DNA from: an uncultured Latescibacterota bacterium
GTDB lineage: Bacteria > Latescibacterota > UBA2968 > UBA8231
Length of the DNA: 64,000 nucleotides
NCBI GenBank assembly: GCA_951813615.1
Contig: OX638377.1
Coordinates: 4,762,505 to 4,826,504, forward strand
Direction: 5' to 3'
The stretch's first letter is position 1. Every line of letters begins with the position of its first letter. Below, piece after piece: positions 21,139-31,431 of this stretch. A model generated the notes under the pieces. That model was not told the origin of the DNA and searched no databases. It saw only the letters and a list, made by a program, of their open reading frames with translations. The position numbers and the translations under genes were made by a program.

Positions 21139-22269
21139 ATGACCGACAAATCCTACAGCCCCGGCCTCGAAGGCGTCATCGCCGGCGAGTCCGCCCTTTC
21201 GCGCATTGATATCGATATCAACCGCCTGATCCTGCACGGCTACGACCTAGTCGAACTGACCGAAAATGCCAGCTACGAAGAGGTCGCCTACTTGCTGCTC
21301 TACGGCGAGTTGCCAACAGCCGCTGAGTTGGCGGCATTCAACCAACAACTGCGCTCCCAGCGCGACCTGCCCGGCCCAGTGGTTGACCTGTTGCGCTCCG
21401 CGCCGGCGGACGCCCACCCCATGGACCTGTTGCGCACGGCGGTATCGTCCCTGGCGTTTTTCGACGCCGAGACCCCTGACAACAGCCACGATGCCAATGT
21501 GCGCAAATCCGTGCGCTTGCTGGCCAAAATTCCCACCGCACTCGCCTATGGCTATCGCTTCTCCCAAGGGCTAGAGCCGGTAGCTCCCGACGCCGAGCTA
21601 GACCACGCGGCCAATTTGCTCTTCATGCTGCGCGGCGAAAAGCCGCCCGCGTACGAAGTAGAGGCCATGAACACGTCGCTGATCCTCTACGCCGAGCACG
21701 GGTACAACGCCTCCACGTTTACCGCGCGGGTCGTAGCCTCCACCCTCGCCGACCTGTACGCGGCCATAACCGCGGCCATCGGCGCTCTGCACGGCCCCTT
21801 GCACGGGGGTGCTAACGAGGCAGCCATGCACATGCTCTTGGAGGTAGATTCGCCCGCAGCGGCCGAGCAATGGGTCCTCGACGCGCTGGCGCAAAAGAAG
21901 AAGATCATGGGTTTTGGGCATCGGGAATACAAAAGCGGCGACTCGCGGGTGCCGACGATGAAGAAGGTTGGCCGCCAGATCGCCGCGGCCATCGGCGACA
22001 CCAAGTGGCCCGACCTAGCCGATGTGGTCGAAGCGACGATGATGCGCGAAAAAGGCATCTTTCCCAACGTCGATTTCCCCTGCGCGTACACCTACTACAT
22101 GATGGGCATCCCGATCCCGCTCTACACCCCCATCTTCGTGGCCAGCCGCGTGGTGGGCTGGGCGGCGCACGTGATCGAACAGCACGACGCCAACCGGCTC
22201 ATCCGCCCCAACCACATCTACACTGGGCCAGACCACCGCGCATTTGTCGCGTTAAGCGAGCGGGGCTGA
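21139..22269 (+). CDS. prpC: 2-methylcitrate synthase / short-type citrate synthase
   Basis: GLEGVIA, YAEHGYNASTF, GPLHGGANE, MGFGHR, PNVDF; adjacent to prpB. Confidence 0.85.
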   Translation: MTDKSYSPGLEGVIAGESALSRIDIDINRLILHGYDLVELTENASYEEVAYLLLYGELPTAAELAAFNQQLRSQRDLPGPVVDLLRSAPADAHPMDLLRTAVSSLAFFDAETPDNSHDANVRKSVRLLAKIPTALAYGYRFSQGLEPVAPDAELDHAANLLFMLRGEKPPAYEVEAMNTSLILYAEHGYNASTFTARVVASTLADLYAAITAAIGALHGPLHGGANEAAMHMLLEVDSPAAAEQWVLDALAQKKKIMGFGHREYKSGDSRVPTMKKVGRQIAAAIGDTKWPDLADVVEATMMREKGIFPNVDFPCAYTYYMMGIPIPLYTPIFVASRVVGWAAHVIEQHDANRLIRPNHIYTGPDHRAFVALSERG

Positions 22270-22271
22270 CC

Positions 22272-22796
22272 TCAGGCGCACTCGGCCAACAACCAAGGCC
22301 GCACATCGAGCAAGAACCGCTGCACTGCATCGCCTTGACAGTCGGGATACGTCCACTCCAGAGGCCGATAGCGTCCCCGCTGATAGAGCAGGGTCACCTC
22401 GGCGTAGAGCTGCGGCGCAATGCAGATGCGGTGGCCAGCATATTTAGTCGTAGCCAACACCAAGCTCTCGATCGATAGCAATCCCGGGTCGATATTGGCG
22501 CGGCGGCACCCTTCTCGGCTCATCGCCCGTTCCAATTCCATAGTCTGCGCCTTGATGGCCGCTAGCTCAGCCGGGTCAATCCGCTCGGCAAAGCACAAGA
22601 GCTGTTTGCGCAGCCCCGCACCCATTTCCGATTCGTAGTACGCGGTAAAATCAAAATCATAGGTCGCACTTGTTGCGCGCAGGGGGCCAAAGCATTCGGC
22701 GAGGCGTTCTTTAGCGTCGACAAGCGTCTCTGCGGAGTCAGCCAATACTGCACAGACTAAGGCGACGGGCGTGGAGGGCTGGAGATCGATGGGCAT
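22272..22796 (-). CDS. DUF4416-family protein
   Basis: FDFTAYYESEMG, RRANIDPG, LATTK, HRI and WTYPD motifs. Confidence 0.8.
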   Translation of the reverse strand: MPIDLQPSTPVALVCAVLADSAETLVDAKERLAECFGPLRATSATYDFDFTAYYESEMGAGLRKQLLCFAERIDPAELAAIKAQTMELERAMSREGCRRANIDPGLLSIESLVLATTKYAGHRICIAPQLYAEVTLLYQRGRYRPLEWTYPDCQGDAVQRFLLDVRPWLLAECA

Positions 22797-22898
22797 CTTG
22801 CAACAAAAGGCAAGAGAACTAATCGCGTCAATTTCTGCGGCGGGATTCGTTTGCTATTTTATCGCCGCGACTCCCACTCTCATTCAGGAAAGGCCACT

Positions 22899-23957
22899 AT
22901 GCGCATAGAAGACCTCGACACGCCCGCCCTCCTCGTCGATCTCGACGGCTTGGACGACAACCTCGACCGCTACCAACGCTACTTTGACGAGCACGGCATT
23001 GGCTTGCGGCCCCACATCAAGACCCACAAGTGCGTGGCCATCGCCCATATGCAGATGCGTCGTGGGGCGATCGGCATCACCTGTCAGAAGCTCGGGGAGG
23101 CCGAGGTCATGGCGGAGGGTGGAGTCGATCACGACATCCTGATTCCCTATAACATCATCGGCGCGCAAAAGCTGGCGCGGCTGGTCGCGCTAGCGCGGGA
23201 CACTCGGCTGACCGTGGCGGCCGATTCCGAATACACCGTGCAAGGGCTGGCCGAGGCTGCCTCGGAAGCGGATGTCACCGTGGGCGTGGTCGTCGAACTC
23301 GATCGCGGCCGCACGGGCGTAGGCTCGCCCGCAGCGGCTGCAGCTCTAGGCGAAAAAATCGACCAAGCCCCCAACATCGAACTCCGGGGCATCATGTCCA
23401 TGCCGGCGACGCCAGACATGCGGCCGCTAATCCAAGAGACGCTCGCGCATTTCTACCGCAAGGGCCTGCCGCATCCCATCGTCAGCGGCGGTAGCACGCC
23501 GGGCGCATTTATGGCGCACGAGATCCCCGAACTGACCGAGTACCGAGCCGGCGAGTACCCAGTCGGCGGCGTCGGCCATCTCCGCCGGGGCACCCACAGC
23601 GTCGACCAGTGCGCTGGCCGGGTGCTGATGACCGTAGTCAGCCGACCGACCGTGAATCGCGCCATCCTCGACGGGGGCAGCAAATCGCTCAGCGCCGCGG
23701 TCCTCCGTCAGGAGGACGGCTCTTCCGTCATGGGCTACATCGTCGAGTACCCCCAAGCCGTCTTCTCCGGGGCCTCGGAAGAACACGGACAGGTCGATCT
23801 GTCGGCCTGCGACGACAAGCCCCAAATCGGCGAACAGGTGCAGGTCTTGCCGGTTCATCCCTGCCCCTGTTTCAACGAACACGACCAAATCTTTGCCGTG
23901 CGCGGCGGCCGCGTGGAAGCCGCCTGGCCGGTTGACGCCCGCGGGCAGATACGCTGA
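22899..23957 (+). CDS. PLP-dependent D-threonine aldolase/D-serine dehydratase family (alanine racemase fold)
   Basis: LDTPALLVD, LRPHIKTHK (PLP Lys), SGGSTP, LDGGSKSL, SEEHG, PVHPC. Confidence 0.85.
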   Translation: MRIEDLDTPALLVDLDGLDDNLDRYQRYFDEHGIGLRPHIKTHKCVAIAHMQMRRGAIGITCQKLGEAEVMAEGGVDHDILIPYNIIGAQKLARLVALARDTRLTVAADSEYTVQGLAEAASEADVTVGVVVELDRGRTGVGSPAAAAALGEKIDQAPNIELRGIMSMPATPDMRPLIQETLAHFYRKGLPHPIVSGGSTPGAFMAHEIPELTEYRAGEYPVGGVGHLRRGTHSVDQCAGRVLMTVVSRPTVNRAILDGGSKSLSAAVLRQEDGSSVMGYIVEYPQAVFSGASEEHGQVDLSACDDKPQIGEQVQVLPVHPCPCFNEHDQIFAVRGGRVEAAWPVDARGQIR

Positions 23958-23969
23958 AAGGAGCGAATT

Positions 23970-24671
23970 GTGGATTTTGCCGAATTGAGCGAAAAACTAA
24001 AGGTAGCTAGCACGGCGACCTTGACGTCCGTGCTCCGCAACAAGGGACTGCACAACACCTTTATGCACCAAGTCGCGCCCCTCGTGCCCGACATGAAAAT
24101 GGTCGGCCGGGCCTTTACCTTGCGCTATATCCCCGCACGCGAAGACCTCGACGAGGTCCCACTCGACAACCTGAAAGACGTGCAGCGGATCGGCATTGAG
24201 CAGGTAACCGCAGGCGACGTGTTCGTCATTGATGCACGCGGCGACACCCGCGCCGGGACTATGGGATCCATCCTAGCGGCGCGGCTGCAAGTGCGGGGCT
24301 GCACAGGAATCGTCACCGATGGGGCCTACCGCGACTCGCCGACCATTGTCGCATCGGGATTGCCCGCCTACGCCGCAGCCATGAACGCCCACACCAACAA
24401 GACCATCCACCATCCCAGCGAAATCCAAGTGCCCATCGCCTGCGGCGGCGTGGCGGTATTCCCCGGCGATATCCTCGTCGGCGACGGGGAAGGGGTCGTG
24501 GTCATACCTGAGCTACTGGCCGAGGAGGTCGCCATCGAGGCCGAGGAGATGGAGCAAAAAGAGCGCTTCATCACCGAGAAAATCCGCGCCGGAGCCAGTA
24601 TCGTCGGCACCTATCCTCTCGACGAGCAGACCTTGGCCGAGTATCAAGCCTGGAAAGCAAAGCAATCGTAG
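23970..24671 (+). CDS. RraA-like / HMG aldolase family protein
   Basis: VGRAFTLRYIPAREDL, GIVTDGAYRD, GGVAVFPGDILVGDGEGVVVIP. Confidence 0.85.
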   Translation: MDFAELSEKLKVASTATLTSVLRNKGLHNTFMHQVAPLVPDMKMVGRAFTLRYIPAREDLDEVPLDNLKDVQRIGIEQVTAGDVFVIDARGDTRAGTMGSILAARLQVRGCTGIVTDGAYRDSPTIVASGLPAYAAAMNAHTNKTIHHPSEIQVPIACGGVAVFPGDILVGDGEGVVVIPELLAEEVAIEAEEMEQKERFITEKIRAGASIVGTYPLDEQTLAEYQAWKAKQS

Positions 24672-24712
24672 GATCATCGCGATCGATTCGTCGCTCTGTT
24701 GAGCAACCTTGC

Positions 24713-24740
24713 GTAGGGGCACCTCTTGTGGGTGCCCTTC
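24713..24740. repeat. GTAG-type REP-like palindrome
   Basis: GTAGGGGCACCTCTTGTGGGTGCCCTTC between convergent genes. Confidence 0.7.
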
Positions 24741-24763
24741 GTACGTTTCCCCTTGTGGCCGCT

Positions 24764-26104
24764 TTAGCCCAAACGACGGCGCAAGCGGCGCGCGAGACCG
24801 CCAACCACAGCGGGAGCAGTGGCAGCGATGTTGCTCAACTCGTCGGGGTCCTGCTCAAGATCGTAGAGTTCGTCGCAGTCGTTGTAATTCTGGATGTATT
24901 TGTGCGTACCCGTGCGAATGCAGCGGAAGTTGCGCAGGGCGGCGACAGTCGCTTGGCGATGGGTGTCGGTCTGGCCAGCGAGGATCGGTTGCAGCGAGCG
25001 GGCGTCGATGTCTTGCTGCGGCGAGAGTTGGGCAAAATCGCATATAGTGGCATTGAGGTCGATGAGTTCGCACAGCGCATCACAGACGCGGCCTCCGGCG
25101 ATATGCGGCCCGGCGATGATCAGCGGTACGCGCAGGCTGGCCTCGTACGCGGCGCTCTTGGTGTACAGCCCGTGGTCGCCGAGCAGTTCGCCGTGGTCGG
25201 AGGAGAAGATGATATAGGTGTTGTCGAGCTGGCCGCGTTTTTCGAGCGCGTCGAGGATCTGGCCGATCTGGTCGTCGATGAGTTCGGTGGCGGCGCAGTA
25301 TTGGCGGCGGGTTTGGGCGATTTGGTCAGGCGTGAATTCTGCGGCGCGTTTTTTGATCCACTCGGGTTTGCCAGCGAGAGAGTCGCTGATAGCCGGGGGC
25401 ATTGCCGCGTCGCGGTAGCGGTCGCCATATTCGGTCGGCGGGTCGAAAGGGTCGTGCGGGCCGACGAAGCTGACGAAGTAGTGCCAAGGGAAATCGTCGG
25501 GCACATTGGCGATCCACTCGGCGGCGCGACGGCCGATATAGGCGTCCTCAAAGTCCGCGCTGTCCAGCGGCGAGTCGCGGCAGTCGGTAATCCAACCAGC
25601 GGCGGCACGCTGTCGATAGTCTTGGTGAAACGTCGCCAATTGCCCTTTGTCGGCCAGGTAGTGCGTATAGGGGCCAATCGGCGTGGGCGAGGAGCCGGCG
25701 TGCATTTTGCCCTCGCATTCCTCCGGATCGGTGAAGCCCCAGCTATAGGCATAGGGCCGGTCGCCGTAGCGGCCATTGTAGCCATCGGATTTGCGCAGGT
25801 CGAGCTTGCCGACGCAGCCGACGCGGTAGCCGGCGTCGCGCAGCCGCTGATAGTAGGTAGTGGTGCCCGAGGGCAATCGCCCCGAATTGTCCAAGCAGCC
25901 GAGACGGCTTGGTTGCAGGCCAGAGGCCAAGCCGATCCGCGCTGGCGCGCAGACGGGTGCGTTGGTGGTGCATTGGGTGAAGCGCACGCCAGCGGCGGCG
26001 AGGCGGTCGAGGTTAGGCGTTCGCAGGAAGTCGGCACCGGCTGCGCCGAGATAGTCGTGGCGGTGCTGATCATCCATGATGAAGAGGATATTGGGACGAG
26101 GCAT
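24764..26104 (-). CDS. Sulfatase (Cys-type, formylglycine-dependent)
   Basis: PNILFIMDDQHR, TPNLDRLA, CAPAR (CxPxR), SDHGELLGDHG, ELYDLEQDPDE. Confidence 0.92.
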   Translation of the reverse strand: MPRPNILFIMDDQHRHDYLGAAGADFLRTPNLDRLAAAGVRFTQCTTNAPVCAPARIGLASGLQPSRLGCLDNSGRLPSGTTTYYQRLRDAGYRVGCVGKLDLRKSDGYNGRYGDRPYAYSWGFTDPEECEGKMHAGSSPTPIGPYTHYLADKGQLATFHQDYRQRAAAGWITDCRDSPLDSADFEDAYIGRRAAEWIANVPDDFPWHYFVSFVGPHDPFDPPTEYGDRYRDAAMPPAISDSLAGKPEWIKKRAAEFTPDQIAQTRRQYCAATELIDDQIGQILDALEKRGQLDNTYIIFSSDHGELLGDHGLYTKSAAYEASLRVPLIIAGPHIAGGRVCDALCELIDLNATICDFAQLSPQQDIDARSLQPILAGQTDTHRQATVAALRNFRCIRTGTHKYIQNYNDCDELYDLEQDPDELSNIAATAPAVVGGLARRLRRRLG

Positions 26105-26217
26105 GAAAGGTTCCTTGGCGTTTTAGGTAGCTTGAACGAGCGCGGGGTGTGTGATATGTTGGACAACTTAATTCAGTCAATCTACCCAGTCGCCAATCTC
26201 GCTTCAAGCAGGCCGCT

Positions 26218-27210
26218 ATGAATACTAACGACCCAATCCCATTTACAGCATTCGCCCGCTTCGAGCGGCTCACCGCCGAGAAGCCACTGCTGTACTGCGA
26301 GCCACCCGCGTGGGCGGCTGCCAGTCACGCCATCGTCGTTGACGACACTGTGCATTATCTGTGGGCCAAAAAGGGAGGGGACGCTAGCTGGGTACACATG
26401 CACAGCTCCGCGCCAGTCGCCGATCCTACGGCAGTGACGCACGACCAGCGCAATCCCATACTCCTGCCTTCCGCCAACGGTTTCGACAATCACGGCGTAG
26501 AATACCCATTCCCGTTCTGGAATCCCGCCGACCAGCGCTACTACGCCTATTATCTCGGCACCCAAGGCAAGGACAAGCCCCGCCGCAAACAGACCGGTCT
26601 GCTGGTCAGCGACGGCGATTTCGGGGCGTGGACGCGGATTGGCAATGAACCGGTAGTTGCCGTCGGCGGCGCGCACGAACAACACGGCTCTTCCCATCCA
26701 TCCGTGGCCGTGTCGGGCGATGTCATTCACATGGTCTATACCGGCGAGTCGCCAGCGCCTCCAGCACGGCGCGATATTCTCTACAACGTGCCGACCATCT
26801 GTCACGCCACCGCACCAACCAGCGACCCGGCGAAAGTCACCAAAAACCCCGCCAATCCCGTATTCAGCGGATCGGGGCAGGCGTGGGACCGCTATGGCGT
26901 GCGCGAAGCCGAAATCCTCAAAGGACCGAGCTACTTCCACCTGTTCTACGGCGGCTACGACGGCGAGGTCTGGACCATTGGGCACGTCCGCACGCGCGAT
27001 TTCCGCACCTTCGAACCCAACCCACACAACCCAATCTTCACACCCGCGACCGATGCCGATGCTTGGGATTGCGATGGCCTCCTGACCCCACAAGTGTTCG
27101 CAATAAATGGGACCTATTACATGATCTATGCCGGTCTCAAGGGATCGGGATGGAATCGCGTGTCAGCAGTCGGGACGGGTTTAGCTGTAGCCAAGCCAAA
27201 GAGCGAATAG
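26218..27210 (+). CDS. Five-bladed beta-propeller glycoside hydrolase-like protein
   Basis: Repeated NPIL/EPVV/NPVF/NPIF blade motifs with WD..G and YYMIYAG. Confidence 0.65.
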   Translation: MNTNDPIPFTAFARFERLTAEKPLLYCEPPAWAAASHAIVVDDTVHYLWAKKGGDASWVHMHSSAPVADPTAVTHDQRNPILLPSANGFDNHGVEYPFPFWNPADQRYYAYYLGTQGKDKPRRKQTGLLVSDGDFGAWTRIGNEPVVAVGGAHEQHGSSHPSVAVSGDVIHMVYTGESPAPPARRDILYNVPTICHATAPTSDPAKVTKNPANPVFSGSGQAWDRYGVREAEILKGPSYFHLFYGGYDGEVWTIGHVRTRDFRTFEPNPHNPIFTPATDADAWDCDGLLTPQVFAINGTYYMIYAGLKGSGWNRVSAVGTGLAVAKPKSE

Positions 27211-27217
27211 AATCACG

Positions 27218-27253
27218 GATTGAGGCGTCGAGGATTTCCCCGACGCCTCGATC
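27218..27253. terminator. GC-rich hairpin after the propeller gene
   Basis: GATTGAGGCGTCG...CGACGCCTCGATC inverted repeat; no strong U-tract. Confidence 0.45.
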
Positions 27254-27336
27254 GGCAGTTACATTTACAGGCACTTCTTGGTGTTTCAAGGCGCACGATT
27301 TGGCACCAGGGCCCCACTAACGCAGACGGAGCAATT

Positions 27337-28179
27337 ATGGCCAGTCAGCAACAGATCGACCAGTACCGCAATCAGGGTTATTTCATTGCCGACGACGCAG
27401 TGGAGCTAGAGATGCTAGAGGAACTGACGACGGCGGCGCACGAGGTGATGGCCAAGGTGCGCTCTGGAGAGGTCATCGATGACGCAGCGGGGGTGCGCAC
27501 CGATGGGCCGGATGCAACAGATGCAGACCCCCATTTTATCTGCGGGCTAATGGCACCGGAATTTGATGCGCCAGTGTTTGCCGAGTATTTGGGTTCGGCA
27601 CCCATCGCCCGCTATCTGCGGCCATTTATCGGCGAGGAATTGCGCTTGGGATGGGTACATCTTTGCGCTGTTGGGGACGACTATGAAATCGGTTGGCACC
27701 GAGATACCGGCGGCAATGAACGAGATGGTAGCTACGAGGTAGAGATGGAGATTCTGAGACGCCATCGCAAGCACTTCGTCAAATGGCATCTGGCCCTAGC
27801 CGACGATCCCTGTCTATGGATCGTTCCCGGCAGCCAGCGACGCTACCGCACGGAGCGCGAGCGCGAGTGCCTGCTCAACGACCGGCAAGGAGAGATCCCG
27901 GGTGCCTTGCAGATTTCCTTGCAGCGGGGACAGACAGTATTTTGGAATAGCAATACCATTCACCGGGGTCTGAAGCCGGAGGGGCTTAAGGAGCGTTGGA
28001 CCTTGATGGGTGCCCTGATTGACCATCGCTCGGAGTACGACGACAAGGGCGAAAAGGGCGATCATCAGTGGCTGCTGGCCGACAATATCCGCGACAATCT
28101 GCCGGAGCGCACCCGTCGCTACTACGACAATTGGCACTCGCTAGCGGTATCTCGCATGACCGGTGGTAGTGACCTATGA
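27337..28179 (+). CDS. Phytanoyl-CoA dioxygenase family Fe(II)/2-oxoglutarate oxygenase
   Basis: YRNQGYFI, WHRD (HxD), LWIVPGS, distal IHRG. ATG 27337 follows GGAG. Confidence 0.8.
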   Translation: MASQQQIDQYRNQGYFIADDAVELEMLEELTTAAHEVMAKVRSGEVIDDAAGVRTDGPDATDADPHFICGLMAPEFDAPVFAEYLGSAPIARYLRPFIGEELRLGWVHLCAVGDDYEIGWHRDTGGNERDGSYEVEMEILRRHRKHFVKWHLALADDPCLWIVPGSQRRYRTERERECLLNDRQGEIPGALQISLQRGQTVFWNSNTIHRGLKPEGLKERWTLMGALIDHRSEYDDKGEKGDHQWLLADNIRDNLPERTRRYYDNWHSLAVSRMTGGSDL

Positions 28180-28239
28180 GCTTGTCGACGGCGCGGGCCG
28201 CTCGGGGGTTGCGGCGGCACCTATCCGCCCAACGAGCCC

Positions 28240-29631
28240 TCACTCACGCTCATCGGCCCGCTCAATAACCCGCATACTCTTCCAGCGACCCGTGCGAAAG
28301 CGCAAGTAGAACGCCACGCCCAAGACGCATACATAGGCACAGATAAAGCACCATATCAGGTACAGCCCCCCATCGAAATAGGTTAGGACGACGAAAGACG
28401 GCACAACCATGATTGCCCAAGCCAGCGAGATCGACATCCACATGACGAAGCGAGTGTCGCCCGCGCCCTTCAGGGTCGCCGTGAAAACCATATAGGCGGC
28501 ATCGGAGACGCCGTATAGAGCTACAAAGCGCAGCAAGACCACGGCGATCTGATGCGCAGCCGCAAAGTTGGCGTCCCTGTCTGCACCAAAGGGCGCAAGG
28601 AAAAACTCCGGCACCACGACGTAGCCCAAGGACATCGTCCCCATATACAGCATGGCCAAATGCAAACCCGACCAAGTGCAGTACTCGGCGGCTTCGGGCT
28701 GATCGCGTCCCAAGCGCTGGCCGACCATTGTCGAGACGGCAATGCCGCAACCAATGAGCGGCATAAAGGCGAGACTGTTGATGTGAAAGGCCAAATTCGT
28801 CGCCGCCAGCGGGATCGGCCCCAAGCGGCCCACGATGAACAAAAAGAAGGTAAAGGCCATGATGTCGAGCATGAAGTTGACGCCGTTGGGGCCGCCAAAG
28901 CGCAACAGACGCCGCAGTAGCTTGAGATCGGGCTTCCAGCCGCGCAAAGTGGCGTACTCGCGGCGATAGCGCGGCCCCAAAAACAGCACCGCAAAACACA
29001 GGGCCGAGACCACCAAGCCGATATTGGTGGCCCACGCCGCCCCGACGATCCCCAACTCAGGCAGCCCCCAGTGCCCGAATATCAAGGCGTAGTCGCAGAT
29101 GATGTTGACGCTGATGGCCACGACGTTGACCGCCAGCACCACCCACGTCTGGCCCCGCCCACTGAAAAAGCACGAGAAAGCCGTGGACAAGACCTGCGGC
29201 CCAGTGCCGTAGCAAAGGATGCGAAAGTACTGAGTTTCAGCGGCGCGGATGTCCGGATCGTGGCCGATGAACGCGAACAGTTCGCCAGCAAAGGCGGCCG
29301 GCAGCAAGGCCAACAGGCCACTGAACAAGGCCACGTACGCCCCTTGCCACACGGCCGGCCCCACCCGCGTCGGCCGCCGCGCCCCCATGTATTGGGCGAC
29401 AAACGTGTTGGCGTATTGGGCCGTGCCCATGAAGAGGCTGATGAAGGTGAAGTTGGCCATGCCCGCCGGCAGCGCGGCCGCCAACGCCTCGGTGGAATAC
29501 CAAGAGAGAAAGACCCGATCGACAAAGTGCTGGATGCTCCAGCTAGCCGTGCTCAGAATCAACGGCAGAGCAAGCCCCAAAAACTCCCGGTACCCGCCTG
29601 CGGCCCCCCACCTCCTCGCGATGCGACCCAC
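28240..29631 (-). CDS. MATE family efflux transporter
   Basis: LALPLIL..VDRVFL, FGHWGLPELGIVGAAWAT, VGQRLG, LKGAGDT. Start uncertain; GTG 29631 used. Confidence 0.88.
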   Translation of the reverse strand: MGRIARRWGAAGGYREFLGLALPLILSTASWSIQHFVDRVFLSWYSTEALAAALPAGMANFTFISLFMGTAQYANTFVAQYMGARRPTRVGPAVWQGAYVALFSGLLALLPAAFAGELFAFIGHDPDIRAAETQYFRILCYGTGPQVLSTAFSCFFSGRGQTWVVLAVNVVAISVNIICDYALIFGHWGLPELGIVGAAWATNIGLVVSALCFAVLFLGPRYRREYATLRGWKPDLKLLRRLLRFGGPNGVNFMLDIMAFTFFLFIVGRLGPIPLAATNLAFHINSLAFMPLIGCGIAVSTMVGQRLGRDQPEAAEYCTWSGLHLAMLYMGTMSLGYVVVPEFFLAPFGADRDANFAAAHQIAVVLLRFVALYGVSDAAYMVFTATLKGAGDTRFVMWMSISLAWAIMVVPSFVVLTYFDGGLYLIWCFICAYVCVLGVAFYLRFRTGRWKSMRVIERADERE

Positions 29632-29633
29632 GC

Positions 29634-30653
29634 TCAGCTCGCCATAAATTCGGCCACCGCAATCAATTCGCCGCCGCGCCGCGCCGACTCCCACCCCGCC
29701 AGTACCGGGGCCAGCGAATAGAGGCCGTCGGCATAGTCGTTGAGTAGCAGGGCGCGGTTGCCGGTGCGCACGGCCTCAATGAAGATGCGATCTTGCTCAA
29801 ACCACGGGTCGAACTCCTCCGGCGCGTACACTACCTCGCCATTGACCTCGATCCGGTCGTACATCCACAGCGCCAAGTATCCCTCTTCGTAAAAAACAGT
29901 GAAGCGCGGCTCGTCGCCCGGAGCGGTGGGCGTGGTGGCGAGAAACGTCGAGGTCATGGTCGCCCCGTTTGCCAACAAAAAGTTAAACGAACACGACAGC
30001 GGCGCGTTGTACCGAGCGGGATGATGGTAAAACGCTTGCGCTTGAGTAATGTCGAGGCCGCTCATAAAGCGCGCATAGTCAACGGCGTGTACCCCCCAGT
30101 CGAAGGCCGAGCCGCCGCTCTTGTCCATCTGATAGTCCCAATTATCCGGGTCGGGAACCTCGGCTTCGAGCAGCGGCAGGCCAGCCGTGCTCTGGAAGCG
30201 GATGTGGGTGACGGCCTTATCCGCGAGCAGGCGGCGGGCCTCCTGAAAGAGTGGGCGGTAGCGCTCGCGGAAACAGACCGTTGAAATCACACCGCCTTCG
30301 GCGACCGCATCGGCAATGCACCGCGCAACAGCCATGGTGGTCGCTTGCGGCTTCTCACTGAAGAGATGAATCCCTCGCGCTGCGGCCGTGGCTTCCACAT
30401 CCGTGCGCACAAAGGCCGGCACCACCGAATATAGTGCGTCCAGCCGCTCCTCTGCGAGCATTTGATGCGGGTCCGCATAGGTGCGGGCGATGGAGTACTT
30501 TTGCGCGGTGGTGGCGAGGTTGTCCGGATTGGGATCACTCGCGGCGACCAGCTCGACGTCGTCTAGCTTGCTCAGGTTGGGCAGGTGCGTTTGGTTGGCA
30601 AAACGACCGGTGCCATAGATGCCGACGCGCACCGGGCGATTGTCTGCGGGCAT
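29634..30653 (-). CDS. Gfo/Idh/MocA family oxidoreductase
   Basis: VGIYGTG, SEKP, GGSAFDWGVHAVD. Confidence 0.87.
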   Translation of the reverse strand: MPADNRPVRVGIYGTGRFANQTHLPNLSKLDDVELVAASDPNPDNLATTAQKYSIARTYADPHQMLAEERLDALYSVVPAFVRTDVEATAAARGIHLFSEKPQATTMAVARCIADAVAEGGVISTVCFRERYRPLFQEARRLLADKAVTHIRFQSTAGLPLLEAEVPDPDNWDYQMDKSGGSAFDWGVHAVDYARFMSGLDITQAQAFYHHPARYNAPLSCSFNFLLANGATMTSTFLATTPTAPGDEPRFTVFYEEGYLALWMYDRIEVNGEVVYAPEEFDPWFEQDRIFIEAVRTGNRALLLNDYADGLYSLAPVLAGWESARRGGELIAVAEFMAS

Positions 30654-30896
30654 GAATGAATCCTTTGTTGATAGCTTTTATACAGCGGGGTGAAATGGGC
30701 AAGAAAAGGAAAAAGGAACTCATGCGCCAGACCGCTTTGTGACGAGTAGCGGGGCAATCTGAGGCGTCTGTCCTACGCTCGCCGCTGAATCGGGCAAACA
30801 CAGAATATTTCAGCCCCGTGGTACCAATTGCAACTGTTCACACGAGTAAGTACCTTCGCGTCAGATAACGGCCATTAACCACCGAAAGACACACCT

Positions 30897-31367
30897 ATGA
30901 TTCCGCGAAAGGCTGTCCGCGCAGTCATTATGACGCCAGACCATCGAGTGCTGATGATGAAGGTAGAGACTGCCACGGGAATTCATGTTTGGATCGCTCC
31001 CGGCGGAGGCTTGGAACCCGGTGAGTCTGAGGAAGAGGGACTGCGGCGAGAAGTCGCTGAAGAGACTGGCGCTATAAACTTCCGTCTGGGACCACCCTTG
31101 TGGAATAGAAAACACGAATTCTCTTGGGACGGTCGGACCTATAGTCAAAACGAAATCTATTATCTCGTACAAGCAGACTACTTTGATCCAATAATAGACG
31201 TAGAGGCTTCTCCTGATGAGGCATCGGCATTTCGCGGGTTCCATTGGTGGTCAATCGACGCCATTGCTAAGTCCGTAGAAAAATTCGCTCCTCGCAACCT
31301 TCATTGTCTGCTTGAGAGCATATCCAAGAACGGGCCGCCAGATAAGCCTATTCCCGTAGGTGCATGA
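30897..31367 (+). CDS. NUDIX hydrolase
   Basis: Nudix box PGGGLEPGESEEEGLRREVAEETG. Confidence 0.92.
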   Translation: MIPRKAVRAVIMTPDHRVLMMKVETATGIHVWIAPGGGLEPGESEEEGLRREVAEETGAINFRLGPPLWNRKHEFSWDGRTYSQNEIYYLVQADYFDPIIDVEASPDEASAFRGFHWWSIDAIAKSVEKFAPRNLHCLLESISKNGPPDKPIPVGA

Positions 31368-31431
31368 TCGTTAGGCAGCGCCTTAGCCGAAGACCTTGGT
31401 GAACGCAGAACTCAGATTAGGAAAGAGACCC

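Noticed and set aside
24728-26221. 497-aa plus-strand ORF
   Set aside because: Antisense shadow of the sulfatase, with no recognisable motifs.
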